Source of the DNA: Azolla caroliniana
Lineage: Eukaryota; Plantae; Polypodiophyta
Assembly: GCA_043228905.1 (NCBI GenBank)
Contig: JBHGNT010000001.1
Location: forward strand, 7,130,001-7,194,000
Direction: 5' to 3'
Length of the DNA stretch: 64,000 nt
Below are positions 23,012-38,365 of the stretch, one piece after another (the first letter of the stretch is position 1; every line of letters begins with the position of its first letter). Below the pieces are notes generated by a model that did no database searches, had not been told where the DNA came from, and saw nothing but the letters and a program-made list of their open reading frames with translations. Made by a program: the position numbers and the translations under genes.

Positions 23012-24454
23012 ATCTAATATACATACATACACACATATGTGAGAGGAAGAGGGAGAAGAGATTTCCTCTTCTAAAACTAATTGATCAGCTAAATTATTCA
23101 AATATGAGATTTTATTTTTATTTTTTATAAGGTTTACATGCAATCTGAGTTTTTTACTGCAGACTAGTAATCCCCCACCCCTTCTTAGGAAGGAGTCACA
23201 TACAATATGATTTGTTGATTTGGTACGACAAATTTGGCCTCCTCACGGGGGATAAACTATCTATGATATTCTATTCCGTTTGTCTGCGTATGTATCCATG
23301 CTTTTGAATAATAGCAATAACGATGATGGGGAAAAAAACAGAGCAAAAGACATATTCGTGTTTTTCTTCTATTTCTCATTCCATCGCCTCCCAAATTTAG
23401 GGTCAAGAATCAAGATACAGTTACTGTCTGTTTTTCTTATAATTTATTTTCATCTAATTCTTTTTACTCCCAATCTTGTGTTTCAAATAAAACTGTAGAC
23501 TGATGCATGAATGCATGGATGGATTTGCATTCTCGTTTGCTTTTTGTGTGCTTATTTCAGCAAATTTATGAGCATTAAACTCTTTTTTTTGCGGCCTGAG
23601 AGGAGACATTAGAAATATCTGTACATACAATAATATATATATATAGCCATTGATAGCAGAGCATGTATATATATATATATATATATATACCTATTGATTG
23701 ATTTAAGGCCCCACTCACATTAACTTCTCCAGAATTTACTAGGCTTCTCAAAAAGCAAAACAGATTTGATTGCGCAGCTCTACTCAGTACTCTCTTTCTC
23801 TAATGAGATTCACCCACCAAACCTAAATTTAAATGGAGTCACCACCATTATTAAATAAATAGTACGTCCAGTGTTAGGGCCATAGCCATGACACCTCCTT
23901 GGGGGGGCCCTATGCCCTACCAATAATAATAAGATGGGAATGGCTCGACTACTTGCCGATTATTGCGACGGAACATACATATATAGGTTTTTGTGGGGTG
24001 TGAAACTATCCTATCGACCTTATAAAAATTGTTATAATATCATCATATAGGAAGGGTTCTATGCATAGTCTTTCATCTTCAAAGGCATTGAGCGGTAGAC
24101 CCACCCATCGTCCATTACCCAAGACACTCTAACTTTTGTGCTAGCTATTATAGAATGTCTCACACTTTTGATGCGACCAAAATATGTAGAGGCAAGTACA
24201 TATCCAATGAGGGGTGGCCACTGGCAACCTTTGGCTAGAATATTGGTACAACGACTCTTAAACAACCTTGCATTCTATTCGCCTTTAAAAAATCAACGCA
24301 CACACCATACTTGAAACTTTGGGATTTCATATAAGAGAAAGCATCCTAAAAATAGTGCTTGATATTTATCATGAGCCATTGTGGGATGAAACATACGTTT
24401 GAGATTAAATCAATTCGAAAGATCAATGGATTGTTATATTAATCTCCATACAGT

Positions 24455-24760
24455 AGAATTAGAATTAGAATTAGAATTTTTATCGTCCATAAAGAGGCTA
24501 GTTTTGACCTATGGGACCAGAGTATACATGTGTTCTTGATATGTGTGTCCTTCCTAAGAAGGGGTATTCATACATTGAAGCACAATGCCTCTATGCGTGA
24601 ATAAAGCATACACATATGAGCTCAACCTTCTAAGTGGTGTCTTAAGTAGGGACCTTAAGTTATCACTCCCTCTTAGTATGTGAACATATCTTGAACGAAT
24701 TGCACTATATGTCGAACATGTGAAGAACAAGTGGCATTCATCCTCTAGTGATGATAGCAT
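24455..24760 (-). mobile_element. 5'-truncated non-LTR retrotransposon (RTE/RTEX-like 3' end)
   Basis: LEDECHLFFTC..Y.AIR..Y C-terminal LINE motif, stop, short 3' UTR and (AATTCT)4 tail. Confidence 0.65.
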
Positions 24761-27700
24761 GGAAATTGATCAAATGCACAATGTATACCATTGATGAAGA
24801 ATAACACATAATTCAAATTGAGGTGCAAGATGAGGGGAGATAACACTTTTATGTGAATGAGTGTATAACATTTGATTTCTCTCAATCTCGTTATAAAGCT
24901 CAACTTCAATCCCCATTATTATTTGGCCTAAAGGGTCTGGCACAAGGATTAGATGAATTGAAGGACTCTAGTATGGAGACATTCAAGAAAGTTGACCTCT
25001 ATATGTAAATAAAGTTGATATGGTTGTCCAAACTAGCAACCAATCATTGTAACGATCAAAGATTACACACAAACCTTATTCACAAAAAACACCCTATTAA
25101 CCATGGTGAATTTGGATAAATGTATGAACCAAAAGATTGTTTATAAAAGTCAAATTTTCTAGGAAGCATTTTCAATAAAGGTAGTCTTGGTAAACAAATT
25201 TGTGCTTAACAAAGTTTAGAGTACCCTACAGTTTATGTTTCACTCCAAAATTTCAACATGCATATTTTTTCATATTTCTCCAATATGAAAATGTTGGATT
25301 AAACCATGACATGTTCAATGAAGTGGACTATTTTCCCCTATGTTTGTTATGTTGGATTACATGTTTGTGCATTTCTTAAATAACCTTAAGCTCTATACTT
25401 CGCGTTCTCCTCCCCACCAACATAGTAGAGCATCTTTTGGATGTTTACAAGAAATTTTTTCTAGAATATTTGTTGTTGGATCATAATTTCCTTCACAAAT
25501 GCAATTCTCTATCTCTCGGTTGGATGTTGAATCTCATTACTTAATTAGAGTGGAAAGGGAGTTCCTCAAATACAATCGGGTTAGGACAGAGTCAATCTCG
25601 TTCTCTCTCTCTAGGGATCTCTACTTTGTTGTTGTGTACAGGGGAGAATATAAAGAAGAGGACTTTTATGCTTGCATCATCACCATCTTCCATGTCCTTT
25701 CTTTCCTACTTAATTCTTCCATGTCCCATGAATGAGCCTTACTAATGACAAAACTTTACTTTAACAACGATATACCAATGCATGAAAAAAGGAAGACTAA
25801 TTCTTACAATTCCAAAAGTACCCCTTTTTGTTTTACCTGATACTTTTCTAACCTATATTCATATGCATTTATGTTACCATGTCTACATTATCGTGTGGCC
25901 AACAATGACATGTCCATGCTTTAATCAAATTGATTGGAGCTTTTGCCTGTCTTTTAAGGATACAATTGTGTGGAGTCAAGCAACTTGCTTCTTGTTTTAT
26001 CTTCATTAAAAAATAATTGGTAAGTTTATTTGAAACTCGATCTTGACTTTTTACTAGAATGATTACTTTATGCATCGAAACTAACTACGACTTGAGCAAC
26101 AACATCCCCATTGTTCATAGTTATCAATCTTCTCGTGGTTTTAAAACAAGCTTCGCATTTACTTTAATACCAAATAAATGTAGAGTCACATGAAGCTCAT
26201 CGAGAAGGGAACATTGGTGCAAATCGTAAAATAAATAAAAACATGTATTTAGATCGAGGAGACTTAGCGAAAGATATTGTGATAGCTTTTTGATGTGATA
26301 AATGGTTTTTATCTTCAATTGGGATACCAATCTTGCCTGACAAATAAACGAAGTTAAGGTGTTGTATGTTTCTTTAAAAAGAGAGTGGGAAAAGGTGGGT
26401 ACCAATCCTTATACCAACTTGTATCATTCACTTTGTTACATAAGCTTGTTGTTCAAGCCCAAACAATGAAAAAATAAAGTTCTCTACTAAAACTTGTTTG
26501 AGCCTTTAAGAATTAATCTTAACAATCCACACACACACCCCCCCCCCCCCCCCCCCGCCCCAAGAAAAGGATGTGAAAAAGTTCTGGGTTTTGGGCACTC
26601 CCCACAATAGAACAGTAAAACCTTTTCCCGTATTGAAAATAATGGGCAGCCTTCGTGGAACCCCTAGTAGTAGTTCCGACATTCGAACAATGAAATTACA
26701 TGGTCATCTCCAGCTCATTGTACTTAAGTAAGCAAACACATGATGCAAATCTACAAATGACTTAGCAAAATAATCTCATCCAGCTATACATGAACATATA
26801 AAAATATTATATATATATATATATATATTCGTATTTTACCAAAATGAGCCCTGAATTTTCGAGAATATATGGCCTGTACAACAGCAGCAGCTAATATAAC
26901 AAGGCTGTTTTTTTTTTTGTTATTATGTATGTACATATGCATATGGTCACTATGGTGTTTTGTTTTATGCGAGAGAAAAGAGGGGTCAAATCAAACAGCG
27001 ATGGACTGTCATATAGAGACAGACAGACACACAGACAGAGTAGAAATTTTTCTGGTTTGGCAACAGATAACAGATCTACTTCTTCCAGAAAGTGGAGGAT
27101 ATTATCCAAAAAAATGAGATATGTATATATACGTCGATTTTTCCTCGCTTTTTGTCGCTAACCCACCCAATAGCACCTTTCTCACTCTTCGCTCTTCTTC
27201 TATTTCTTCTTCCACAGTACATATACATATATATATATATATACATACATACATACATACACACGTATAGTGACAGTAAGTACGACCCATATATCTGCAC
27301 AGATTTTAACTCGGTGGATGTCTTCTTTCTTACATTCTGCTGCCACGCCCAGACCTTCGAAAACAGTTCTTAACAAAAAAAAAGAAGGAAGAATCCTACC
27401 CAGAAATATAAGCATCAGGATTCAGGATTTGTAGATTTGTATGCAAAAGGCGGCTCTTTATTGCTCTCTCTTTACTTTCCACACAGATAAACATGAATCT
27501 CACTTCTTCGGGCAATGAAATATATTACATGGATTCCGTTAATTAAGTCCAATGGGGAAATGGCAGCTTTTCCAACCATATTCTCCAACTCAGTTACAAG
27601 GAACAGAATGGATATGATTCCATTAGAAGGGAACCAGATTCTGACAGCTTTACGGCAGGATAACATCATTAAAACAAACATTGATTGATCCAGTTATGGA

Positions 27701-28625
27701 AGAAGTCACTAAATTTTGCTTCTATCCATCTCCTTCCTCCATACCACTTCCTATTAAGTACAGATAGACATCACATCACGGCTCCATACCCCAATGAACC
27801 AAACCCTGAAACATGAAGACAGAACCATGAAAACAGATGTGCAATAACCTAAAACTACGGCCCATGTCTGCAAAAATATTTGCTTATATCTTTACTTAAT
27901 TAGGAACAATCTCTGTATTAGTATAGTAATTACGCAGACATGCCAACCGAGCTTCAAATCATTCCAAACATTTTACTTCTAAACTACTCTAAATAAACAA
28001 TGTAGCTGGAAGGGAACTGCACAGAATTATAAGCACCGAATAAATACATACATAATCTCTGGATGCAAGCCACACAGCAGAATGAAACAGAATCGCTGTA
28101 CTCATGCATTAATATCGATACACGCAGTCGAGAAGGGATTAGAAGCGAAACAGCCCCAGAACGACTTTGTCTGCAGATAGTGCGTACGTATCTGCATGTA
28201 ATGGCTCGCGCTATGAACGGGGCTCAATGGGACGCTCTGCCTCACTCACTCTCTGTCTCTCTCTAAAATACACAGTCAGATTACTGCAAACTGGAAGGCC
28301 AAATGTTTAATAATTTCCCAATTAATGGTAGCAGAAAAAGGCAATTTCATATATTTCTTTAACAAACACAACAGATCGAATACAGAAGAAAGATCCTACG
28401 TTAACTACTGTTTTCTGTATCTTCTGACTTTCAATGGCCTCAGCCAATACAAGTCATCAGGTCGTCACAATGATGGTAGAGATCATTCGAAAAGGTATTC
28501 TGTGGTCACCAGCTTTGGCACATTTGCTACTTTCATGAATATGTTACACGTTACAAATCAGAACACAGTAGCTAATTGCAATAAAATCTCTTCATAATCA
28601 CGAGGATAAGCAATGTCCACAGCTG

Positions 28626-30065
28626 TTAACCTCGTATCGCTGCTGGAGACACCTGAGCTCTCTGGCAGTGCCGAACATGGCAGGGTGGCCCAAAGAAGGC
28701 ATCAAAATCTGGCACAAGAAAGAACGCATGGGACCTCATTCGTTGCGAGGATCTATGAGGAATACTGAAAGTTGTTGGAGCATGACTACATCCATAGCTG
28801 CCTTTTCTCTTCCTAGGCGCTTGAGGACACAGAAAAACCTCAGGAATTTTGAACTCTTGAGCTCTTGGTGTCGAACATCGATCTGTAACATCTCCAGATA
28901 CATTCGCAAAAGCATAAGAACGTTCACCAGAAGAATTAGTCTCAGGAATTTTGAACTGCTGAGCTTTAGGTGTGAAGCAACAGTCGTAAATGACGTCGGA
29001 AGAGCTCATATTTGCAGAAGAAGCTCCTCTTTCATTAAACATTAACCTAACTGCAGTGGCAGATACACCTGTTGCATCAGGCGTTATACACTGTTGAGGT
29101 CGTGGTGTGAAACACTGTTCAGATCCCTCCACTGAAATTACACCAAGTCCCCCAGAAACTTCATCTATTGCTTCATCATTTGAACCTGTCCTCTCTTCAC
29201 CTACAAAAACAGAAGCCTTTTCCAAATCTTCCACGTTCGCAGAGAGACGGCCAGGAAGTGCTTCTTGTTCTGAAATGCCTACAGAACCGGATGAAAAGGG
29301 TGCAACTGTCTGCGGACATTCCCATAAACCCACAGAAGTTACTATTTCTCCACTGTTTCCAATGGTGCATTGACCAATTCCATTTTCATCGCCTTCTTCT
29401 GTAGGGGCAATATCGACAGAAAACGAAATCTTTTCTGTAAATATTTGAGCAACGCCTGCAGGGAGGATTAAGCCATTCTCATCGTAGCCATTTCCTGTAA
29501 GGAGAGGAACATGAAACGCTTCAATTTCTTCTCCCTGAGAACGGCCTTGTTTACCATGAAAGGATTCGCGTTTGTTGACTAACTGAACATTTTCTTTCAC
29601 CATAAGCACCTCGCGAGGGTTTAATCTTGGCGAACCTTGCGATCTGGTGCTGTAACGCCTACCCTGCAAAGCCAATGTCACTGCATGTCTCTGTCTAGTT
29701 ACTTTCCCCTCCCTGATCTTACAATTCAGCTTCTCCTCGTATAGTTTACCATTTACTTCTGCATTACGTTTTCTATTTTCGAGCTGGCATTCCGATAAAC
29801 TTCTCTGTAGGGATATTGGCAGACCCTGAGAAATTCCATCAAGAGCTTTTGCGCCTTTTCTTGAGTTATTCATCAGTATCCTGTTGAAATCTGAACTGTT
29901 GAGCTGATGGTTTAATTTATGACCTGGATTTATACAGACGAGAGGTTTATTTGCATTTTGCCTGGTTCTACGACATGAATGTTTAGGCTTATTTGCTACT
30001 GCGTTTGTCGCCGGAGAGGCAGCAGCTATTGCGTAGCTTCTACTGCGCGTGCGCACAGGCGACAT
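28626..30065 (-). CDS. SMR: SIAMESE-RELATED (SMR)-like CDK inhibitor with long N-terminal extension (479 aa from first ATG)
   Basis: CSTPRAQEFKIP (motif A), CPQAPRKRK (motif B) and FFLVPDFDAFF (motif C) in canonical order at the C-terminus. Confidence 0.85.
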   Translation of the reverse strand: MSPVRTRSRSYAIAAASPATNAVANKPKHSCRRTRQNANKPLVCINPGHKLNHQLNSSDFNRILMNNSRKGAKALDGISQGLPISLQRSLSECQLENRKRNAEVNGKLYEEKLNCKIREGKVTRQRHAVTLALQGRRYSTRSQGSPRLNPREVLMVKENVQLVNKRESFHGKQGRSQGEEIEAFHVPLLTGNGYDENGLILPAGVAQIFTEKISFSVDIAPTEEGDENGIGQCTIGNSGEIVTSVGLWECPQTVAPFSSGSVGISEQEALPGRLSANVEDLEKASVFVGEERTGSNDEAIDEVSGGLGVISVEGSEQCFTPRPQQCITPDATGVSATAVRLMFNERGASSANMSSSDVIYDCCFTPKAQQFKIPETNSSGERSYAFANVSGDVTDRCSTPRAQEFKIPEVFLCPQAPRKRKGSYGCSHAPTTFSIPHRSSQRMRSHAFFLVPDFDAFFGPPCHVRHCQRAQVSPAAIRG

Positions 30066-31816
30066 TTTTCCGAATCTTTGAGATGGAGGAGCCCCCAAAC
30101 TACAAGAGAAACAGTGACTTTCAACTCAAAATTAATGAGAATGATGATGTTGGTGAAGGTTAAGGTGCAGGCAAACCTGTGAGGGTGAGACCGAGGGTTG
30201 ATACTGACGACCGCAACGACGATGATTGTGCTGAGAGAGAACAGTCACGATCTTAAAGATATTGTCATAGATTCAGGTTATAAACAGTCTAGGTTGAGAG
30301 TGAGGATCAAAGTAACTATTGTCTCGCCAAACAGAAAAAAAAATGGAGACGATGATGAAGCTACGGAGATGGAGCAGAGTTGATAAAAGAGAAGAATCCT
30401 TGTTAAAAATGGGATTGGGGATGCAGCAGCTATTGTAGCATAAAATTGGAGTAGGAATCAGAGAGAAACTTTAAGCAGATGATATGGCGGCGAAAAATTA
30501 GTCTAGTGATTGTGTAGATAGGAGCTGGAAACGGGCGTAGCTAGTAGGGCAATGGGAATTAGAAGTACTAGGGATGAACAGGCATTGCTTTTTATTATTA
30601 GTTAAGCTCCGGGGCGATGGAATATATTAGGGTTCAACAGGAGAAACAAACCTGTGTGGAGGAATGAATATGGAAGGAAGAAACGGAGGAAAGGGGGAGA
30701 AGGTGGAAGAGAATTTGTAATGCGGAAGGACGCGCAGTTTGATTTTTATATGTAATGTATTGTGTATGTATGTATGTAATAATGTATGTATGTATTGTGG
30801 GTATTTATTATTAAACGTAAAGAAAAGATATTTAATTAGGTCTTTCTAATTATTTTGGGTTAAGATAAAGAAGAGTTTTTTTGTTTTGTTTTTTTTTTGG
30901 CCTTCGTCCTGGTCCAGACTCCAGACTCCAGGCCCATTCACTCATTCATGACGCATTTACCCTTCTTTTTATTTTTATATGTATACCTTAAATATTAATA
31001 AGAACAAGTGTTTTTTTTTTTATATATATACATACATATTTAAGGCAGAATGCTATACATACATACATACAGATAAATATATTTATATGTTTATACGTAT
31101 ATACATAAATGTTTTTTTTTTTTTTGTAAATTAGACGTATGTATGTATTGAAGTAATGAAATTGGAGCTATATTTTTATTATTAATAATATTTATTATCT
31201 CTGTCACTTCCTTGCCATAACCCCCCCTTCCCAAACACAAACACACAGAATGTATGTATGTATGTATGTATGTATATGCACGTATGTATGCAATGCATGT
31301 ATGTATACATATGTACATACATATATCATATATGTATGGAAATATATAAATTTATGTGTATGTATTTTTTTCTCTATTACTGCCGCTCTTTTTCTGTGCA
31401 GAGAAGATGATGACCGAAATTAAATAACTCCATCTACATATATATATATGTACATATACATCATCCTATGTGTATACGAAGAAATAAGCAAATTACATAT
31501 ATAAAAGGAAATTCTTTTTTGCAGAAGGCAGAGAGAGAAGGAAATAGTTGGTTTGTTTTACTGCGCTTTTGGCCTGATGTCGTACTCGAATTTCTACATC
31601 CTTAAAAAATAAAATAAGAAACTAAGATGATACATTACATACAGACTTGGTGCTTTTAATTCGCTTAATCCTTAAATCATTTAATGAGGGAGCTTGAAAG
31701 ATGTGTTGTATTTTTATTATTTAGTAGTAATTATTAGTATGGGTAATGTTCTTTTACCCTCCCCCCACTATATATGTACATATATTATGTATAACTCTCT
31801 AACATCTGATTCCTAA

Positions 31817-31820
<4 letters not shown>

Positions 31821-31864
<44 letters not shown>
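31821..31864. repeat. (CT)n microsatellite
   Basis: Direct reading; (TATG)n and (TA)n tracts nearby at 30760-31330. Confidence 0.95.
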
Positions 31865-31867
<3 letters not shown>

Positions 31868-34433
31868 GGTGCCATCAAAATAAATATATGACTCGTTTTC
31901 TATGTGCATTCTTTTGTATATGGTTTGTATTATGTTTTTCCACACATACATGTCACACATGCACGCAATACATATATACATACCAACATACATCTCCATA
32001 TCCTTAACTACATGATACATCTATATGTATATGTATACTATATTATATATACATCATGTTCATGTGATTGGAATTATTATTATTATTATTACTATTATTA
32101 AAAAGAAATCCCTACCCCCCCCCCCCAAACCAACAAATTCTATCAGTATGTGGGGGAAGAGTTTGTATAATGTTGTTAAATGCAATGTGAGAAAGTGAGA
32201 GGAATGTATTAAATATATGTGAGAAAAACAGTAAAGAAAGTGTCACAATTTTGATGCTGGAACCTAAGTGACGAATAAATATAATGTGCCCTTTCTCACC
32301 CCCCCCCCCCCCCACTCCTACCCATCATTCCTAAGACTTCACTAACTCCTTGTGCCACATTTATATGCAGCTTTGTAACTCCAACTCCTCTTGGGGAATC
32401 TACCATTGCCCATACTCAAATTGTGATGCCCCTAGCTACTAAATGCCACTTTGTCCGACCACTAGCTGTTCAGTTGCCGGGTAAAGGTCATAGTCACCCA
32501 ACCTTAGAGCTTCTCTCTTACCGGGAAGAAAATAGTTTCTTTAATGTGGTCACATATATTTCGTGTGCAAACTTGTTTTCTATGAATATAAGGGAACTCC
32601 AAGGAATTCTCCTAAGGAGGTCTCAGGGTGGATATGATGCAAGTCATGACCATTGGGTTTGAAAAGCCGAAAGCTTCAACTACTCTAGAGCCATAGTAAA
32701 GCGAATATATCCTAACCATGTCTTTAAAAACAATATGAAATATGTTAAACTTCTGCCTTTTTTATGCCATTATACCAAACACAAAAATAATGCAACGGAT
32801 GTGAAGCTTGGACCTTTTTTATGCCATTTTACTAAAGCGAAAGGAGTTTCTCTTGTTTCCATTGAGTTAGGTGTGGTTTTTATTAATACGAAGAAATTAA
32901 AGAATGTTACTTTGAGGTGTGCAATAATATATAGTTAGTGTGTTCTTGTGGACTACGGCACACAACTGAAAATAGGTGTTTATTTTGATCCAGTTAGAAT
33001 CAATGGATAGTTTTTGAAGGATAAGATCAAATAGATTTTAGGAAGGTTGGTAATAACTAATGTGATTGGGTTGTATTCACATCTCCACAAGGAAAAATAA
33101 TAAAATGCAAGTTGTCCAACAATTAGGCTTGCATCATGCCAACAAGAACTTCACTTTGTCAAGTTTTACAAATGTTGATGCCTCGTAATTGGTATGGTTG
33201 GTAGAAAAACGTTGTCTCAAAACCTTTCATTTGGGAAAGGTTAAATGCTTGTTTTTCACGCCAACATGATGTGAACTTGATCAAGTTACTATTTAGAATT
33301 GCATCGTTCTACTCTAGGCTCGCCCCATATATGTTGGCACTATTTTGGGCGGTTCAAGGGAAGGGAAACCAAACATGCTCTCATGTTTCAAGGGAAAAGA
33401 ATCAAAGAGATATAGGGAACTCTTTAACGACCGCATATATGGGCTTTTAAGGGCAATGTGTTCTACTAGATATCGTGAACAAGTATCACAATAATGAATA
33501 ACAATTGTAACCATGCTAGAAAACATGAGCAATTTGTGTGGAATAAGAAATGGAGAGTATGTGATGGGTATAATTGAAACAAAATATTGATAGATGCAAC
33601 ATTGCAAGTATAGATATATCTGATGCCGCATGTAGAAAAGACATACATATAGATGTGGCTAAGATTGAGGCCGTTGTAAAGTACAAGTCTCTCAAGTTTA
33701 AACTCATAGATTTGTGATAGATATGGAACATACATAGAGATCATAATGATAAGTCTAAGACGATGCATGCATGTATGGAATAAGAAATGAGATCCATGTG
33801 ACGGATATAAAGGAACCCATGGAAACAAAATTCCATACATACATACTAACACATGTAACTTAAAAGGAGTAAGGACATCACAAATAAGTATGTACATACA
33901 TACATACATACATGGAATGGATGTATGGCATGTAACCTGTATGTGTGTTGAACAACATAATGCATTATAATTTATGAGCACAGAGTAGCAGCAGTATGTA
34001 CATAGTAGAGTGAGTGACGATGACACCCATGCACATGCAGACAGATATAGATGATGTGCATGGGAGTCATGCATGAATCATGATGAATTGATACGCATGC
34101 ATAGAAAGCATGATGCTCATGATGAGATGGGGGGCATGATGGGCCATGGTGATTGATGCATTCAGTCACACACACACATGTGCCAGTGTGTCATGATGGC
34201 ACACACACATACATACTTATAAGTTATACCATCCATACATTCAAGGAAAAAAAAAGAGCTTTCATGAAGCATAACGCCAAAAAAAAAAAAAAGAGAAAAG
34301 AAAACGACGAACAAATGATTATTTATTTAATTTTGAAGTCGAGGTGGCAGGAGTACGGAAAACGCCAATTTATGTATTTTATTTAAAAAGATAACATCAT
34401 AATAAATCGTTACCATCTATCTAAAATACATAT

Positions 34434-34464
<31 letters not shown>

Positions 34465-37400
34465 ACATATCATATATGTATGTATCTATAAGGAAATATG
34501 TACGTATGTACATATTAGATGTTATTTTGAAGTATTTTTGTTTGTTTATTTTATTTAATAAAACAGGGTTTAGTTTTTCGTCGCTAGATTTGGCGGCGCC
34601 TCCCCTCCGTTGCTTTTTTGTTTGTTTTTCTTTGTGAGCGAGAGATAGGTCGCGAGATCGAAACCGCTTTCTACTACTATATATACGGATAACTGGGAAT
34701 TCTTCGTTTTCTCTCATTTATTTATTCTAAGGACTCCCTTTTTAGTATTTTGCTAGCTACCTATTATCTTTATTTTTTAGTCTTATTAGTCCTTTTACGG
34801 GGGTCTATTTAGCCCCCCCCCCCCCCCCCCCCCTTTCTACATCTCACGTGCAAAACATTGCATCTCTAAATGGCAGAAAACACGATGTGTGGATATTTGG
34901 ATTTCTGAAAGCCTATCTATGATAAGTTATATGGATGCAATATACTATTCACTTGGGACTGTTTTTTTAATGCATATATTATGCAAAGCATTCAAAGACA
35001 TGGACACATCTTTTGATTTAGATATGTATTACTAACCCACCTTTCCTTTCCAATGTGGGCATGACATAGGTTTTCATAGGCTATCCTTGTGAATGTGTAT
35101 ATATTGTTATTGTGCCTTCATGTGTAGGTATTTGTTTTAAGGCCACATTCAGATCTTGCCAAGTTTTTCCCTCTTGGGTTAGAGAACCTTCTAGAAATAT
35201 CTCTTTTTTGTACTAAAGAGACGAAAGAGAATGTGTACAACATAAAATTAAATAAGATAAGTGGTATCTCATTTCATACTAGTTTGTGTGAGATAGTAAC
35301 AAAAAGACAACTTTTCACTTTACAAAAGGCCAACAACATGCAACCGTTTGTCATCGTCGTAGGAGACTAGCGTAAGTGATCCAAGTATGACAAATGCGAT
35401 GTAAGAATATATGGTTGGCTCAATTCTAGATGTATATGTGATGCCATCAAATGATTGATCTATGTGCCAAAATATGAAGTGAAAGATGCAAATGGAAAAG
35501 GTGAACGCATGTATTGAAACGAATCATTGGGTAATGAAGCATATCCTCATATTCTTATTGCATTGTCAAGCTTATTATTTTTTAATATCATGGCAGTAGT
35601 GTCAGGGCGTCTATTTAGTTTCTTTAAAAGATATTGCCCATGATGATTGTGTGCTCAACACTTGTGCAAAAGTGTAGAAAGTGTTTTCTTATGTGGGGAT
35701 ACACATTAAGCGATAATTGTAATTGGGATTCACACATGATTATCTCATATTTCTCCAAAGAAATTGGAAGCATTTGTTTTCATGACGAATTTCAACCCCA
35801 CTCAATCATGTGTCAAATTATCTCATCGTGTAATTTCTATCATGGTTAACTCTTGGCTAGAGATAAACCTATATTAATAGGTGTTTATTTATTAAGCTTG
35901 ATTTTTGCACACATTGCCCATAGTGGTTTGATGCTAGGATATCACCACGTTTCTTAGGGAGGCCAACTTGTACTCAAACTTGCCCATACCTACCACCCGA
36001 AGTAAGAAAAGACATGGATGACATCAATTTTTGAACTCCATCTAAAAGAGTTTATGAGTGAACTTCCTCAATTTGTTTGGAGAACTTTATGTAAATGATG
36101 AAAACGACTTATAAAACAAGCCTAGAATTCCCAAAGCATCATCAACAACATTGCCATTCTTGAAAGCTAAGAACTCTCATGGTAATGTGATTTAGATGTT
36201 AATCAAACACATCTACCTTGATTATTACTTAAGGAGTGCCCATTTAATTAAATGCATCAAGTTATTTTGTCTTACTTTGTGTTTTGATACGAATAATGCA
36301 AGATTATCCCAACTCAAATTGAAAAAAACAAAAGCTAGATGGTCTATGTGACATTTTGTATGCCCAATTCATTGTAGTGCCTTCCACTCACTGATAGGAA
36401 ATAAGAATATTAATATGATGCATACAAACAAAAATGGATGTGTTCGTTTCCCCGTAATTATGATATTGTCAATGAATGGGGCAATGTAATATGAGTTACC
36501 AACAAAATAGGTATATGGTTGAAAATACCAATAAACCATGGGTTGTAAAAATGAAAATACCTCCTCACTATTAATATATCAAAGTTCAGCAACTTCAAGG
36601 TTTATTTTGAAGGCATCATCAATACATTCACTCACCATGCTATACTCGGTAGTGCAACTATAGCCAATTTTTAAATATTTTCTAATAGAGCTCTCCCCAA
36701 CTTGCACAAATTTGTGTTAGTTGGATTTGTTTGTGGACCCATAAATAAAAAGATTAGGAAATGCATTTTAATTCATCAATCTATAATTTGAAATCATATT
36801 AGAAAAGAGAAAATTACATGCATGATTAGCAAATTGTCAAAATCATGTGAATTACAGGATATTTTGAGAATCTAAAAATAATGTATGATAGTGCATCCTT
36901 TAGGATATGGCATATAGAGATTGGCAGATAACAATGGCAGAATGGTTGGTGTCTACATTCATAGCACAAGATCTACATGATCAAAAGGATGCAACGGGTA
37001 GCTAAGTACATGTCTAAACCATAGCTACAAAAACTAATGTTCAAAAGGACGCTTAATAATGCGTCAATCTCTAGCCTAATACAGAATATCATTTTAAAGC
37101 TCTCTAGCAGTGTAAAGAGAAAATGATTCATAATCGTGACATGTTCAAAATAAAATAGAGAAGATCCAACCAGACAGTAGATACAATAAGAGTCACGTGT
37201 AGCTGTTGGCAATATCTTAAGATTCTGTTAAGGACCCTCTATTTCGAAGTACACCCAGGATTAAAACTTAATACATTCAGTTTGACATGATCAACAAAGA
37301 TTGACACTTTCTAAAAGACATTGCATGGAAAAGAAATTCAGTTATATCTAATGCTGCAGTATATGATATCTATTGAATCTGTTCAGTTCAACATGATTAG

Positions 37401-38365
37401 CAATAACTTATATTATGACACTTCATAAATAAACTTGAATAACTAAACTGCAATAAAAGCTATCTTTAAAGTACCTTCCAGACAACATGATGATGTCATC
37501 TGCAATACTACCAATTTACACTCTCAAATGACAATAATATGATATAATTATCAGATTATGAGGAAAAACTTTCTTACTACTGATAGGAAAGATTCTGTAT
37601 GGACTTCACTATATTGAAATTTATGACAGAACTTGAGCCAAACAACTTTTGTCCTGTCGCAATTGAATATACCAGATAATAAGAGATGAAACCACAATGT
37701 TAGAGTTCATACCACGAAGGTATAATTAGTCAATGGCATAGATATAAAACCTTCAATTTCCCTTGCATAACAGTAAGAAATATAGAAATTTGCAACTATA
37801 TTGACAATGATTATCTGACAATTTCGTGCTACCTTCATGCATGAGCAAACTTGTTTAGAAATTAGCGAAAAATGTCCTAAAACATTACACATACCATAGT
37901 TAGGAAGCATGCAAATAAAGTTGACATGAGGTACTGTAAGTCTAGATTCTCCTATTAATCAACTAGCATGATTTCTACTCAATAATGTACAGATACTTTT
38001 TCTGCTGGCCCTTTGGAGCCACCTCAGTATCTATGAATTTAGTTGAAACTTAGTAACACCCAGTTAACCTGAGAAAGTGTTCAGGTTCTTCAATGGAGAC
38101 CAGAAACTAAGTTTCAATATCACAGAGAGAGATAGAATATCATCAAACCTTGGCAGGCAATGTGGCATACAAAATAGTTTCAAGGTCAAGAGAAATTCCT
38201 GTAGCAAATTTCAATTTTCAGTTACTGTTAGTTAATCTAAGGAGAAAAGCAAATACTTTTCCTTGCTGAAGCCATCATCAATGGATGTAGGAACACTCAG
38301 CACTATTTCCAATTGTGTTTCTTTCAGGGTCTTCAATCCTCGAATAAAACTGAAATTGTACTATC

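Noticed and set aside
33314-34250. 202-aa ORF and CATG-rich tract
   Set aside because: Low-complexity CA/TG-rich sequence with C/H/M/Y-biased translation, consistent with methylation decay
34670-37000. Possible Helitron 5' end (TCTACTACTATATA)
   Set aside because: No convincing 3' hairpin plus CTRR end found
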